Source: a virus
Strand: one strand, 5' to 3'
Length of the DNA stretch: 64,000 bases
IMG/VR virus record: IMGVR_UViG_3300003323_000724
Span: 39,940-103,939 of that record
Positions 27,743 to 36,909 of this stretch are shown in pieces (position 1 is the first letter of the stretch; the number at the start of each line of letters is the position of its first letter). A model generated the notes under the pieces. That model saw nothing but the letters and a program-made list of their open reading frames with translations, was not told the DNA's origin and made no database searches. The position numbers and the translations under genes are program-made.

Positions 27743-29760
27743 TTCCGAGTTACTTGCTCGTATGCGATGAACTTCCCGAAAGGCGGGATGGGGCGATCGC
27801 CCACTTGTGGGAACGAGGACTAGAGCCAACGGTTTGGAAAGGATTCCACGGCCGTTCTTGGGGTCTCATGACCACGCGAGAATACGATAAGGGGCAGCGG
27901 ATCAGTCCGGGTCACGTTGGGCTGAATACGGGCAGTTGGGCAATGTGGCAGGCTGCAATGCTAGGGGTCGGGTGTGACGGGACTAAGCCTTGGGATGGGG
28001 ACGAAGAATTGATGTTTTTTGAGGACGATGTTTGCCTTCCTGTCGATTTTAAGAATCAACTGAACGCCCTCTTTTGGGAACTGGACCAATCCCTTCCGGA
28101 CTGGGATTTGGTGTTCTTGGGTCTCGCTGAGGTCCAGCCAAATGTTTGGGGAAAGGTCACAGATCGGTTGGGTGACGGAGCGTCGAGGTTGTGCGTTTTA
28201 GATTCGCCCTTTGGCACCCATGCCCTGCTTGTCCGCCGTCGCGCTCTGCCGGTCCTGCTCGAACACATGCGACACGCGGAACGGAACCTCGATCAACAGC
28301 TCTGGAAGTACGTACTCCAGCCGGGACTATTGAAGTGGTGCGCCGTGCTTCCCTCGATCGTTACCCAGCGAACGTTCGATTACGAAGGAACCGGAAAGCC
28401 GGAATGGGTTGCGTCCACGATCCACGCCGATGATCCGATGTACACGCCCACGCTCCCGCACCACCCACCGGCCGAGCACGTCAACACGCGAAGTCCGGAA
28501 GAAGTGACCAAAGCCATCAAGATGGTCGAACAGGACAAGAATGGAATCGACGTTCACCAGCGGACGCTAGAAATGACGGACCCGATTCCTTGCGCCTACA
28601 GAGGCGAAGGTGTTGATGAGATTGCTTTGTCAAACAAAGGATTTCCAGTTCCCCTCTGGGAATGTGCCCGGCTCGACAAACTGTGTTTCAACAAAAAGGG
28701 AATCGTTCTGGCCGATCCGAAGGAAGCCCTGCGATGTGAAACCTGTGAAGTGCGGGAGCAGCTTACTCCACCGGAGCAGCTAACACGGCTGCCGCTTCCG
28801 GAAGGGCACTTTAACTGCTCAGCCATCAAATGGGACAACCGGTTGATCCTCGCATCTCGTGACTCGTGGGGCCACTCTAAAGTGGCCCTGTGGGAAATGA
28901 CCAACACGGAAAAGGACTGGTCCGGAACTTGGACTGCGAAAGCGATTGGCAGCTTTGCTAGCGATCACTCGTTGATGCCACGACTGGAAGACCCGCGACT
29001 GTTCATCGCACCCAGTCCGGTCACGGGCCGACCGCACCTGTGTTCCGTGTTCTCGTGCCCCGATGGGTATCCGCCGGAGTTGGTTAAGGTTGGATATGTT
29101 CGCTTCAAGGAAGACCTGTCGGGGATCGAACATTCTGAAGTACTTGATTCACCCTACGATAGCAAGTATGAGAAGAACTGGTTACCATTGGTTAACCAAT
29201 ACGGAACAAGTTGGGTGTACGGGTCGAAGCCCAACCACGAAGTGATTCAGTTTGACAAGGACGGGAAGGTTAGTCAGAAGTGGATTACCCCCAATCCACT
29301 ACCGTGGAAGGGCGGTGCCCATCGTGGTGGGGCCGTGCCGGTGTTCGTGTCTCGAACTTACGCACAAGCTAACAAGATGCGCGATTGGGGCTGTGACGTT
29401 CACTACCACTTCCATCATGGGGTTCTTAAGAGGATTCAAGGGGCGGTTTACAGTACGGGATGCACAGTTTTTGAAGCACAACCACCGTACCGAGTTCTTG
29501 CCCAGACTAGGATTCCGCTTCAATGGGCCGACAACTCCGGAAACAATGACCGATGTGTGAAGCGATATGTTCTATTCATCGGTGGAGCAATACCTCATCA
29601 CGGACATTGGAATTTGTTTAGTGGGATCGATGACACATACTGCCGACACTCCAGAATTTCGTTTGCAGTTGTTAACACGGCACTGAACACGGAGCCGGAA
29701 GAAGATCGCGGTGTAGGTATTCGGGACACGCCGATTTCACTTGGATCGAGGGGACAATGA
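27739..29760 (+). CDS. GT25-like glycosyltransferase fused via a Cys-rich linker to a five-bladed beta-propeller (GH130/GH43-like) domain
   Basis: N-term LPERR, SPGHVG, FFEDDV, DWDLVFLG, GTHA; C-term FNCS, EDPRLF, EKNWLP, HRGG. Confidence 0.75.
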   Translation: MIPSYLLVCDELPERRDGAIAHLWERGLEPTVWKGFHGRSWGLMTTREYDKGQRISPGHVGLNTGSWAMWQAAMLGVGCDGTKPWDGDEELMFFEDDVCLPVDFKNQLNALFWELDQSLPDWDLVFLGLAEVQPNVWGKVTDRLGDGASRLCVLDSPFGTHALLVRRRALPVLLEHMRHAERNLDQQLWKYVLQPGLLKWCAVLPSIVTQRTFDYEGTGKPEWVASTIHADDPMYTPTLPHHPPAEHVNTRSPEEVTKAIKMVEQDKNGIDVHQRTLEMTDPIPCAYRGEGVDEIALSNKGFPVPLWECARLDKLCFNKKGIVLADPKEALRCETCEVREQLTPPEQLTRLPLPEGHFNCSAIKWDNRLILASRDSWGHSKVALWEMTNTEKDWSGTWTAKAIGSFASDHSLMPRLEDPRLFIAPSPVTGRPHLCSVFSCPDGYPPELVKVGYVRFKEDLSGIEHSEVLDSPYDSKYEKNWLPLVNQYGTSWVYGSKPNHEVIQFDKDGKVSQKWITPNPLPWKGGAHRGGAVPVFVSRTYAQANKMRDWGCDVHYHFHHGVLKRIQGAVYSTGCTVFEAQPPYRVLAQTRIPLQWADNSGNNDRCVKRYVLFIGGAIPHHGHWNLFSGIDDTYCRHSRISFAVVNTALNTEPEEDRGVGIRDTPISLGSRGQ

Positions 29761-30428
29761 ACGTCGAAAACGAATTGGATGTGCTGGGAAGGTATCAGGA
29801 TGAACCATTACACAAAATCGCCGAATCGATCACAGAAGAGGTCCGGATTTGGACACATTTGACAGATGCTTACATTCTTGGTGATTTGCTTCAGGAACAA
29901 GACAAGGAATTGGATTTCGTTTCAGGACGAAACTATACTTGGTGGTACATGATTTCGGATCACTTCGACCCCAGTTCCGTTGTTGAAATCGGGACGCGGT
30001 TTGGTTACGGGTTGAAAGCCGTTCATTCGGGGTTTACTTACGACCGCTTGATGCGGATTCACGTTTTCGATTCCGAGTGCAACCCCGGCGACAAGGAACC
30101 GCTGAAAATATTCGAGGACTACTTCCGCAACCGTCTGGGGATTACTGATCTGCGCATCAACCGTGTAGACACCCAAACGCTAACCACGCTTGGGGTCACC
30201 GAGCCGGTTGACATGGCGATCGTGGACGCGGACCACAGCGAAGCGGGCTGCTACCACGACTGCTGTCTCGCGTGGGAAGCTCTGAAACCGGGCGGCGTGC
30301 TTGTGGTAGACGATTGCAATCCGGGGGAGCCGCAGCGGGCCACGGAACGGTTCTGCCGCGAACGGAACCTGGAATGGGCGTTTCTTCCCTCACTGCGGGG
30401 GATTTACTTGGTGCGAAAGGAAGGATGA
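29757..30428 (+). CDS. class I SAM-dependent methyltransferase (Methyltransf_24-like)
   Basis: VVEIGTRFGYG, IVDADHS, LKPGGVLVVDD. Confidence 0.85.
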   Translation: MNVENELDVLGRYQDEPLHKIAESITEEVRIWTHLTDAYILGDLLQEQDKELDFVSGRNYTWWYMISDHFDPSSVVEIGTRFGYGLKAVHSGFTYDRLMRIHVFDSECNPGDKEPLKIFEDYFRNRLGITDLRINRVDTQTLTTLGVTEPVDMAIVDADHSEAGCYHDCCLAWEALKPGGVLVVDDCNPGEPQRATERFCRERNLEWAFLPSLRGIYLVRKEG

Positions 30429-30429
30429 C

Positions 30430-30747
30430 ATGGCGGAATCAGACAAGAGGGACTATTCAGATTTTCTGGAATACTGCCATCGAGTCAGTGAAATCGTAAA
30501 AACTTGGCCGGCATGGAAACAAGAAGTATTAGGTGGAAAAGCAGTGCAACAAGCAACCCAAGAACAACCCAAGGTGATCGACGCAACGAAGCGAATCATC
30601 ATTTTCTACTACCCGGCCGAGGATGAAGGAGCCAAAGGACGAGCGGAAAAGAACGCTGCTCGAATCCAAGGTGCCGGAACTCTCGTGGTTTCCCGACCGA
30701 CAACATACACTGGTCCGATGGTTGAAGCGATTGACCCACCAAAGTGA
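30430..30747 (+). CDS. hypothetical protein
   Basis: operon position; SEIVKTWPAWKQ. Confidence 0.55.
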   Translation: MAESDKRDYSDFLEYCHRVSEIVKTWPAWKQEVLGGKAVQQATQEQPKVIDATKRIIIFYYPAEDEGAKGRAEKNAARIQGAGTLVVSRPTTYTGPMVEAIDPPK

Positions 30748-30754
30748 GGAATTT

Positions 30755-31039
30755 GTGGAACCCAAAGAACTGAAAACTCTCGCTCGCCGGGCACAAAGTC
30801 TCGCGTCCGGATTCGCCCCACTCCAAAACGACAAGGGGATTTCTCTCCCCAGTCGCTTGTGGCTCCGGGGTGTTGACCAAATCCGGCACTTCCTGTTCGG
30901 TTACCGGAACAAGGAACTGTCCCCCCGGTTCGTGGCCGAAGTCACGAACGCACTGCTGTCCTGCGGTAACGTCCTCGAATCGATCGCCGACGGCAAAATT
31001 GTCGTCAAACCCGAAGAGGTAAAAGAAAGTGTCAACTGA
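30755..31039 (+). CDS. hypothetical protein
   Basis: GAGG RBS before GTG 30755. Confidence 0.45.
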   Translation: MEPKELKTLARRAQSLASGFAPLQNDKGISLPSRLWLRGVDQIRHFLFGYRNKELSPRFVAEVTNALLSCGNVLESIADGKIVVKPEEVKESVN

Positions 31040-31280
31040 ACTGAACCCGGCCCAAGACTTGACCGATCCGAAGGTTCTTACCCAGAACCTCGACATGCTG
31101 GCCGAAGGGTGCGCTCAGCAAATTCTCGTCGCCAACAGCGTCCTTCCGATCGGCGGACACAGTGACCCGAAATACTTCTACGCCAAGATCCAAGCAACGC
31201 TGCAAGCGGCCAGTCGGATGATTAAAGAGCACCTGATGACGACGGCGGAACAACAAGCCAAGAAGGAAGTGAAGAAATGA
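31029..31280 (+). CDS. hypothetical protein
   Basis: overlapping start. Confidence 0.5.
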   Translation: MSTELNPAQDLTDPKVLTQNLDMLAEGCAQQILVANSVLPIGGHSDPKYFYAKIQATLQAASRMIKEHLMTTAEQQAKKEVKK

Positions 31281-31849
31281 GCATCGAGCGAACAGACAAT
31301 ATCGGAATGCTGGCTCGGAAGTTGGCTGGAACCGGAGGGGAAGTTCCGGATTTTACAGCCGGACCACTGCTGGTAGACGCTTTGTTGGAAGCGGGGGACC
31401 AGCAGATCGCAATGAAGCTCCAGTACCACATCGGAATGTTGATGGGGTATTTGGTTTCAGACAACCTGGACGAGATCGACCCAAGACAAAAAGTCCGAGT
31501 CTTGGCGGATCTCAGCAGTGCTGTTCGAGAAGTATGTTTGCCTTTGATTCTTGACTTCAACTCAGTGTGTAATGATTTGGCTGGGTTTGTGGCTAAATTG
31601 AGCGAAAATACCAAAGTTGAGGCTAACGATATTAAGCTCCAAGTAGTCAAAATTAAGGTTGGCTCAAGGGTTCGGTTGGGTAACCACGTTACTATTGACG
31701 AGACTCGCCAAGGTGTTGTGGTTTCCAATCCGGACGAGAACGGATTCGCAAACGTGATGCCCCTCGAAGACGAAACCAGCGTAGTGGGGTATCCGACTGA
31801 TGGTATGCCTGTGGGGATGATTCCGATGACTCGAACCAGTCGGTGGTGA
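31277..31849 (+). CDS. hypothetical protein with 'LLVDALLEAG' helix and C-terminal SH3-like segment
   Basis: ATGA overlap; KVGSRVRL...GVVV. Confidence 0.5.
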   Translation: MSIERTDNIGMLARKLAGTGGEVPDFTAGPLLVDALLEAGDQQIAMKLQYHIGMLMGYLVSDNLDEIDPRQKVRVLADLSSAVREVCLPLILDFNSVCNDLAGFVAKLSENTKVEANDIKLQVVKIKVGSRVRLGNHVTIDETRQGVVVSNPDENGFANVMPLEDETSVVGYPTDGMPVGMIPMTRTSRW

Positions 31850-31852
31850 AAA

Positions 31853-32203
31853 GTGAGCCAGATTTCTGTTCCGAGCGAATCTGTTCTGATGCTCGACTGG
31901 GACGCACCCAGTGATGATTTCAGCCGCCGTAAGATTCTCCGAATTGGCTACCATGACATCTTGGAAGGCATTCTGTTCAAAGGTCAACGACTTCCGGACT
32001 GCGTTCGGGTTGTTGACGGGCCGGGATTGCCGGACGATGTGCGAATACTTGCGGTTCATGAGGACCACGCTAGTCGATCGTTTGTGTTCGTTCTTTGTCA
32101 CCCGTCGTTCGATGTCGTTCCCGAAGGGATGCCAGCACCAAGCCTCAACGGTCCGTTCGGGTTGACGTGGAAGATGATCGAAACTAAAAGGAAAATCACA
32201 TGA
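31853..32203 (+). CDS. hypothetical phage protein
   Basis: GLPDDVRIL...HPSFDVVPEG..AP. Confidence 0.55.
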   Translation: MSQISVPSESVLMLDWDAPSDDFSRRKILRIGYHDILEGILFKGQRLPDCVRVVDGPGLPDDVRILAVHEDHASRSFVFVLCHPSFDVVPEGMPAPSLNGPFGLTWKMIETKRKIT

Positions 32204-32685
32204 ATCGTCGCCAATTCGGACTTTCTTCGCTGTTGTCTTTGTTCTGTTTAGATGCAGCGAAAGCCAGTCAACCGACGAAAATAAAAACTCCTGTGATCCT
32301 ATTGGACACATTCGATCGTGAAGAATGCCGACCGTTGATTCCTGCTGGGGCAATTGAAAAATTTATTCAATTGCCATTATCCGACTCAGTTCCCATTCGA
32401 TTAGGAGTGGAGTGCAAAGGACCAGACGCAGGGCGCGTACTTGGTTGGGAAGTTCAAGGAGGTTGGCTTTTAGCAGAAATTCAATCCAGTCCGGAAGTGG
32501 TTCAGTCTTTGAGTTCTGGAGGGATGTGCTTGCGTCCTTCCATTTTTGGATCTTACACGAGCAAGACATGGGGGCGATTTACGGAAATCACAGGATTTGA
32601 GTGTTTGTTTACGCATCCGCTTAAGAAATCGTGCTGGGCTGAACAGCAGATGGAGCAGTTTGGAACTAAAGGAGGAACAGTGTAG
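32200..32685 (+). CDS. protein with Tat-like N-terminus
   Basis: MNRRQF + hydrophobic stretch + AKA. Confidence 0.5.
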   Translation: MNRRQFGLSSLLSLFCLDAAKASQPTKIKTPVILLDTFDREECRPLIPAGAIEKFIQLPLSDSVPIRLGVECKGPDAGRVLGWEVQGGWLLAEIQSSPEVVQSLSSGGMCLRPSIFGSYTSKTWGRFTEITGFECLFTHPLKKSCWAEQQMEQFGTKGGTV

Positions 32686-32720
32686 CACTTAGGGTGCCAT
32701 TAGTGTACACTTCCCACAAC

Positions 32721-32756
32721 GGGCGCTCGGCTGTCAGAAGCCCGGCGTCCTTTTTC
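32721..32756 (+). terminator. intrinsic terminator-like hairpin just upstream of portal
   Basis: gggcgctcggct-gtcaga-agcccggcgtcc-ttttt. Confidence 0.5.
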
Positions 32757-32772
32757 ATTTGGGCACATTACG

Positions 32773-35763
32773 ATGCCAGCGTTTGAAATTCCAAATACGT
32801 TCTCCGATTTCAAAATCGGTAACGCTCCCGCCGGATTCGACCCTTCCAAGTTCCGGCTCCCAACTGGCGAGCCGATGCTGAACGATGATTCGCTCATCAT
32901 CCCGGCTAGTCGCGGGTTCACTTCCGTTTGGAATCAGGGTCAGAAGGTATACACCTATCGCTTCGATGAAGCTATGAGGGATTCGTACATCAATGCTCGT
33001 GCAATGCGACGGGACGGGTTCTTACGTGGACTATTTGAAGAACGTATTCTTCCAACGATCAATAGAGAATGGGTAATCGAGATTGACGATGACCGCGACC
33101 CACAGCAGCGGACCGTTCGGGACGCCCTCAAGAAGATCGTTCGGGAAATTCCCCAATTCACCCTTCTGAAACGCGCCCTACTCGACGGGGTGTGGTTCGG
33201 TCGCGCCGGTGTCGCCGGGTTCTTCAACCGGAACCCGGACGTGGAAAACCTGTGGTGCTACAGCTACTCCCCGTCCTGCAAGGATCACAAGTGGGATTCG
33301 GTCCACGGGGACAGCATTCAGTACACGTTCGACGGCATTCCGGCGATCATGATGGATTCCATCACGGCCGGATGGTACGCGGCTAACGGAGCTGTCTGGC
33401 AGGGGGAATGGCAGTCCAAGTTTGGTAACAGCACGACCGGATTCGGTGAGTACGGAGTTACTTCCGGTGGTGGTGATTTGCGGTACACGGACCGGGGCGG
33501 CACGGCTCTGGTTCTCCATCGCAAATACTGGCGGGACCGGTACGCGATTCACCAGCACATGCGCGAGAAGGCGGATTACCTCGAAGGGGAACTAGCGGGT
33601 AGCGTCCAGGGCTTGGGGCTTCGCGGCCTCGTCTACTGGCTCTACGTGCTCCGCACACAAGCCCTTGCGTGGATGCTCGCTTACATGCAGTCCGTCGGCA
33701 TGATGGACATGGTGATTTTCTACTACCCGACGGGGGATCACGCGGCCCGTGTTCGTGCGGAACAGAACGCCAACCGGATGATTGGCAAAGCAGCTTTCGT
33801 TGTGCCCCGGCCGGTAAATTACAACGGGCCAATGGTCGAACAGCTCCAGATGAACAGTGCGGGCTTCAAAGCCATGCACGAGTTCCTGAGTGATTACTTC
33901 GACCGACACATTGAACGCCTCTTTGTGGGCCAGTCCATGAGTTCCGGTGCCGACCACGGCACCGGACTTGGCGGCACCGGGCGCGCTCTTTTTGCAAAGG
34001 CCACTAAAGACGAGATTATTCAGTACGATACAACAAACCTTGATGAGACTATAACCCGCGACATTCTTACTCCGTTGAAGCAGTACAACTTTGCGTGGGC
34101 CAACTTTCCGGTTCGGTTCAAATCGATGCTTCCTGATCCGGACGCGCAAGAGAAGGTACAGAGCGGCAAGGTTCTGGTTTCTCTGGGGATTCCCGTCAAG
34201 TCCGTGGAAATGCTCCAAGCGGCCAAGTTTACGACTCCGGAAGACGGAGATGAGGTCATCATTGCTGCCGGTCCGGGGGGTCCGCCAATCCTTACGACGA
34301 TGGGGCCAAACGGCCCGCTCCCGCCGCAGCAGTCGCCAATGATGGCCTCCATGATGCCCCCAATCGGTCCGGGCGGTGGTCCAATGCTGCCCCCGGGTCC
34401 GATGGGACCGCCCGGAATTCCCCCCGGTTCGGCACCTCCACGGCCGCTATTGACTCAGCCACCGATCCAGAACGGCCCCCAAATCGCACCAGTTCGTCCA
34501 TATGTGGTTCCGCAGCACCAGATGGTGACTTTGCCAGCCGGATCACATTCGGCGATTGTTCGCCATCCTGTGCGATTTGCGGAGGGGGCATCGGGGGCAC
34601 CGCCGTCCGCTGGCCCCGTGATGGGAAGTCCGGCGGGAAGCAACACGTACATTCCGAGTGCGGGGACCAAACCATCCTACGAACGGCGACACACCCCCAA
34701 GGGTGGCATCACGTACCGGGACAAGCCTTACCGTTCGGGTCAATTCATGCCCGGTACGGTAATGTTTCAGCACACCCCGCCGCGACCGAAAGTGACGGCC
34801 GACTTTGGTTCCCGGACGCCCCCGAAACCACCGGTGGAGTACACGGAAGATCAACCCCAAGAACAACTCCCGTGGACCGGGCACCCGGACGCCGAAGCGG
34901 TGATGAGTTCACTGCCGAAAGCGGCCCACGAGCGGCTCAAAACGCGGCTCCTGAAGTTCACTCCGGTTCCGGACGTGGAAACGTCAACCAAGATGTGGTA
35001 CGACGGTGACCCAAACGCACCGCATCCGAGCAAACGAACCCCCGCGATTGCGTTCTACGATCCGGCTAACGGGGAATTGGTTGCGGCTCCGGGCGGTCCA
35101 AACGTAGACGCAAGAGGGGCAATTGCCCACGAGATGTTCCACGCTCTCGATCAGGACGAGAACCGGCAGTATTTCGATCTGTCCGGTGATCCGGAGTGGT
35201 TGGATGCGTGGCAGAAGGAAATTGCGGGCGGGCAGCTATCTAAGTACGCCACAACCGATGAAATTGAGGCGTTTTCCGAGATGGGACGGGCGTTGCATGG
35301 GGGTCAGCACGACCGGGGGGATATCGAAAAGCGATTCCCCCAATCGGTGGCGTTCCTACGCAAGCACGGGTTGGTGGATGAACCGAAACAACCAACCCAA
35401 GCCTCTCGGTACGCCGAAGAATACGACACTTCACATTTGCTGTTACCTTCTGCTGGCGGTTGGGTGGGCAAGGAAAAGTCTCGTGATTTGGGGGACGGAA
35501 TTATTCATTTTGTTGATCCATTCGGCAGCCACCGTTTTGTAGCTCATTCCGAAGGAGTTCCCGTGTCGGCAATTCAAGTGATGGGTACGGGAAAATCGGG
35601 AAGGGTTGTGGGAGCCTATACCCATCCGCAATACAGGCGGATGGGCCACGCTTCTAATTTAATCCACACCGCTCGTGGAATTTTTCCAGACTTGAGCTTT
35701 GACGATGATAGGTCGAGCGCGGGGGATGGGTTGGTGCAATCTTTAACGAGACAACCGAATTAA
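32773..35763 (+). CDS. Mu gp29/DUF935-like portal protein with C-terminal Pro-rich linker, zincin (HExxH) and GNAT domains
   Basis: LLDGVWFG, GLGLRG..YW, IERLFVGQSMSS, ITRDIL.PL..YNF in first ~500 aa; HEMFHALD...YATTDEIEAFSE; AYTHPQYRRMGHAS. Confidence 0.8.
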   Translation: MPAFEIPNTFSDFKIGNAPAGFDPSKFRLPTGEPMLNDDSLIIPASRGFTSVWNQGQKVYTYRFDEAMRDSYINARAMRRDGFLRGLFEERILPTINREWVIEIDDDRDPQQRTVRDALKKIVREIPQFTLLKRALLDGVWFGRAGVAGFFNRNPDVENLWCYSYSPSCKDHKWDSVHGDSIQYTFDGIPAIMMDSITAGWYAANGAVWQGEWQSKFGNSTTGFGEYGVTSGGGDLRYTDRGGTALVLHRKYWRDRYAIHQHMREKADYLEGELAGSVQGLGLRGLVYWLYVLRTQALAWMLAYMQSVGMMDMVIFYYPTGDHAARVRAEQNANRMIGKAAFVVPRPVNYNGPMVEQLQMNSAGFKAMHEFLSDYFDRHIERLFVGQSMSSGADHGTGLGGTGRALFAKATKDEIIQYDTTNLDETITRDILTPLKQYNFAWANFPVRFKSMLPDPDAQEKVQSGKVLVSLGIPVKSVEMLQAAKFTTPEDGDEVIIAAGPGGPPILTTMGPNGPLPPQQSPMMASMMPPIGPGGGPMLPPGPMGPPGIPPGSAPPRPLLTQPPIQNGPQIAPVRPYVVPQHQMVTLPAGSHSAIVRHPVRFAEGASGAPPSAGPVMGSPAGSNTYIPSAGTKPSYERRHTPKGGITYRDKPYRSGQFMPGTVMFQHTPPRPKVTADFGSRTPPKPPVEYTEDQPQEQLPWTGHPDAEAVMSSLPKAAHERLKTRLLKFTPVPDVETSTKMWYDGDPNAPHPSKRTPAIAFYDPANGELVAAPGGPNVDARGAIAHEMFHALDQDENRQYFDLSGDPEWLDAWQKEIAGGQLSKYATTDEIEAFSEMGRALHGGQHDRGDIEKRFPQSVAFLRKHGLVDEPKQPTQASRYAEEYDTSHLLLPSAGGWVGKEKSRDLGDGIIHFVDPFGSHRFVAHSEGVPVSAIQVMGTGKSGRVVGAYTHPQYRRMGHASNLIHTARGIFPDLSFDDDRSSAGDGLVQSLTRQPN

Positions 35764-35942
35764 GAAAATAACCAGAGGACTCTCCCCATCAACGTCTCCC
35801 GCTTTTCAGCGGTAATCGACTCAGGAGAGATTCCTGCGGGTCTGGTACTCCGTCCCATCCGAGAAGGGATTTGGTGGCGGAAGCGACCCCGCACATCACC
35901 CGGTTTACTCCGGGATTGTAGGCACTAGCTAAGTGCCGTGGC

Positions 35943-36242
35943 TCAACGATACTCAGATCCGAATGACATTTTCATCAGGTTGATATCGGCTTGGTTCAGT
36001 GCATCGCAGAATAAACCAAGCCCGGTTTTATCCAGATACTCCGTGATGGATGCACACAAGGAACGCAATCGTTCCCTATCATGGGGTTTGGATTTTAGAC
36101 ATTCGGTCCGTTTCAGAAAATTCATCTCATGTATTAATCTGCGAGCTTCCGATACTCTTTCTTTGGGCGTAGCTGCTGATCGCAAAGACGCGAACGTGTC
36201 GGACAGGGAGGAAATTAAATTTCGATAATCAGCAACTCGCAT
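35943..36242 (-). CDS. hypothetical protein
   Basis: GGAG RBS downstream of promoter copy 6. Confidence 0.55.
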   Translation of the reverse strand: MRVADYRNLISSLSDTFASLRSAATPKERVSEARRLIHEMNFLKRTECLKSKPHDRERLRSLCASITEYLDKTGLGLFCDALNQADINLMKMSFGSEYR

Positions 36243-36274
36243 CTCAGTCTCCGGTTCGTGTTGTTTGGGACACT

Positions 36275-36304
36275 CAACTATGCAACACGAACCGGAAGAG
36301 TCAA
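36275..36304 (-). promoter_or_regulatory. phage repeated promoter, copy 6, overlapped by a 14-bp inverted repeat (36250-36263 / 36283-36296)
   Basis: TTGACT-16 nt(...cgtgttg)-CATAGT-tg; tccggttcgtgttg / caacacgaaccgga. Confidence 0.7.
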
Positions 36305-36322
36305 ATAAACCGTGGGATATAT

Positions 36323-36703
36323 TTAAATCTCTTCATTCTGTTGGGGAACCACCAAGAATCCACGCTGTTCTAGTTCCACAAGGGCATCGAGGTGCTTGCA
36401 TCGCCCCCCAGCCTCGTAGCCTTTACAACAGCACGCATGGTGCATGTCCGGATCGGTTACCAAGCACACATAGTGCTCCTCTCCGGTAGGTCGTTTTCGG
36501 AGCCGGAAGTGCCGCTCCGGCCCCTTGTGGTCGTACAGCTCCCGCACGTAATACTGAGACTTGTACTTCTGGCTAGTTTCCGTCCGCTGGCCGCAAATTT
36601 CCAGTGCCCCGCGAAGTCCGTCCGGCTGATCGATCTGGACCCAAGTGGCCGTGCGGATCGGATGCACACGGGTTGGGGAAAGAGGGACTGTGTTGAGCTT
36701 CAT
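36323..36703 (-). CDS. SWIM zinc-finger protein
   Basis: CCCKGY....RCKHL. Confidence 0.75.
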   Translation of the reverse strand: MKLNTVPLSPTRVHPIRTATWVQIDQPDGLRGALEICGQRTETSQKYKSQYYVRELYDHKGPERHFRLRKRPTGEEHYVCLVTDPDMHHACCCKGYEAGGRCKHLDALVELEQRGFLVVPQQNEEI

Positions 36704-36909
36704 TCTTGTTCCTCTCGTGGTGGCGGGGTGAAAGCGAAGTGGATTCCGTTGCACCCCAGAATCTCCACCAACTTCAGAGCCGAGTACGTTTCCAGCTTTC
36801 CCAAAATTGACTCGGACGATCCGCCTGCACGTTCAATTGCACCTGCAAGACTTGCAAGACATTTAGCAATTCGGGCCGCAATGTCTTCTTGGTTGTAGTT
36901 TTTGGTCAC
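36700..36909 (-). CDS. hypothetical protein
   Basis: coupled operon. Confidence 0.45.
   Translation of the reverse strand: MTKNYNQEDIAARIAKCLASLAGAIERAGGSSESILGKLETYSALKLVEILGCNGIHFAFTPPPREEQE

Noticed and set aside
34270-34500. Collagen-like repeat in the portal
   Set aside because: Gly is not strictly every third residue; it is a Pro/Gly/Met low-complexity linker
35870-35940. tRNA-like 3' end on the minus strand (gcggggtcgcttccgccacca)
   Set aside because: No TTC T-loop, acceptor stem or cloverleaf
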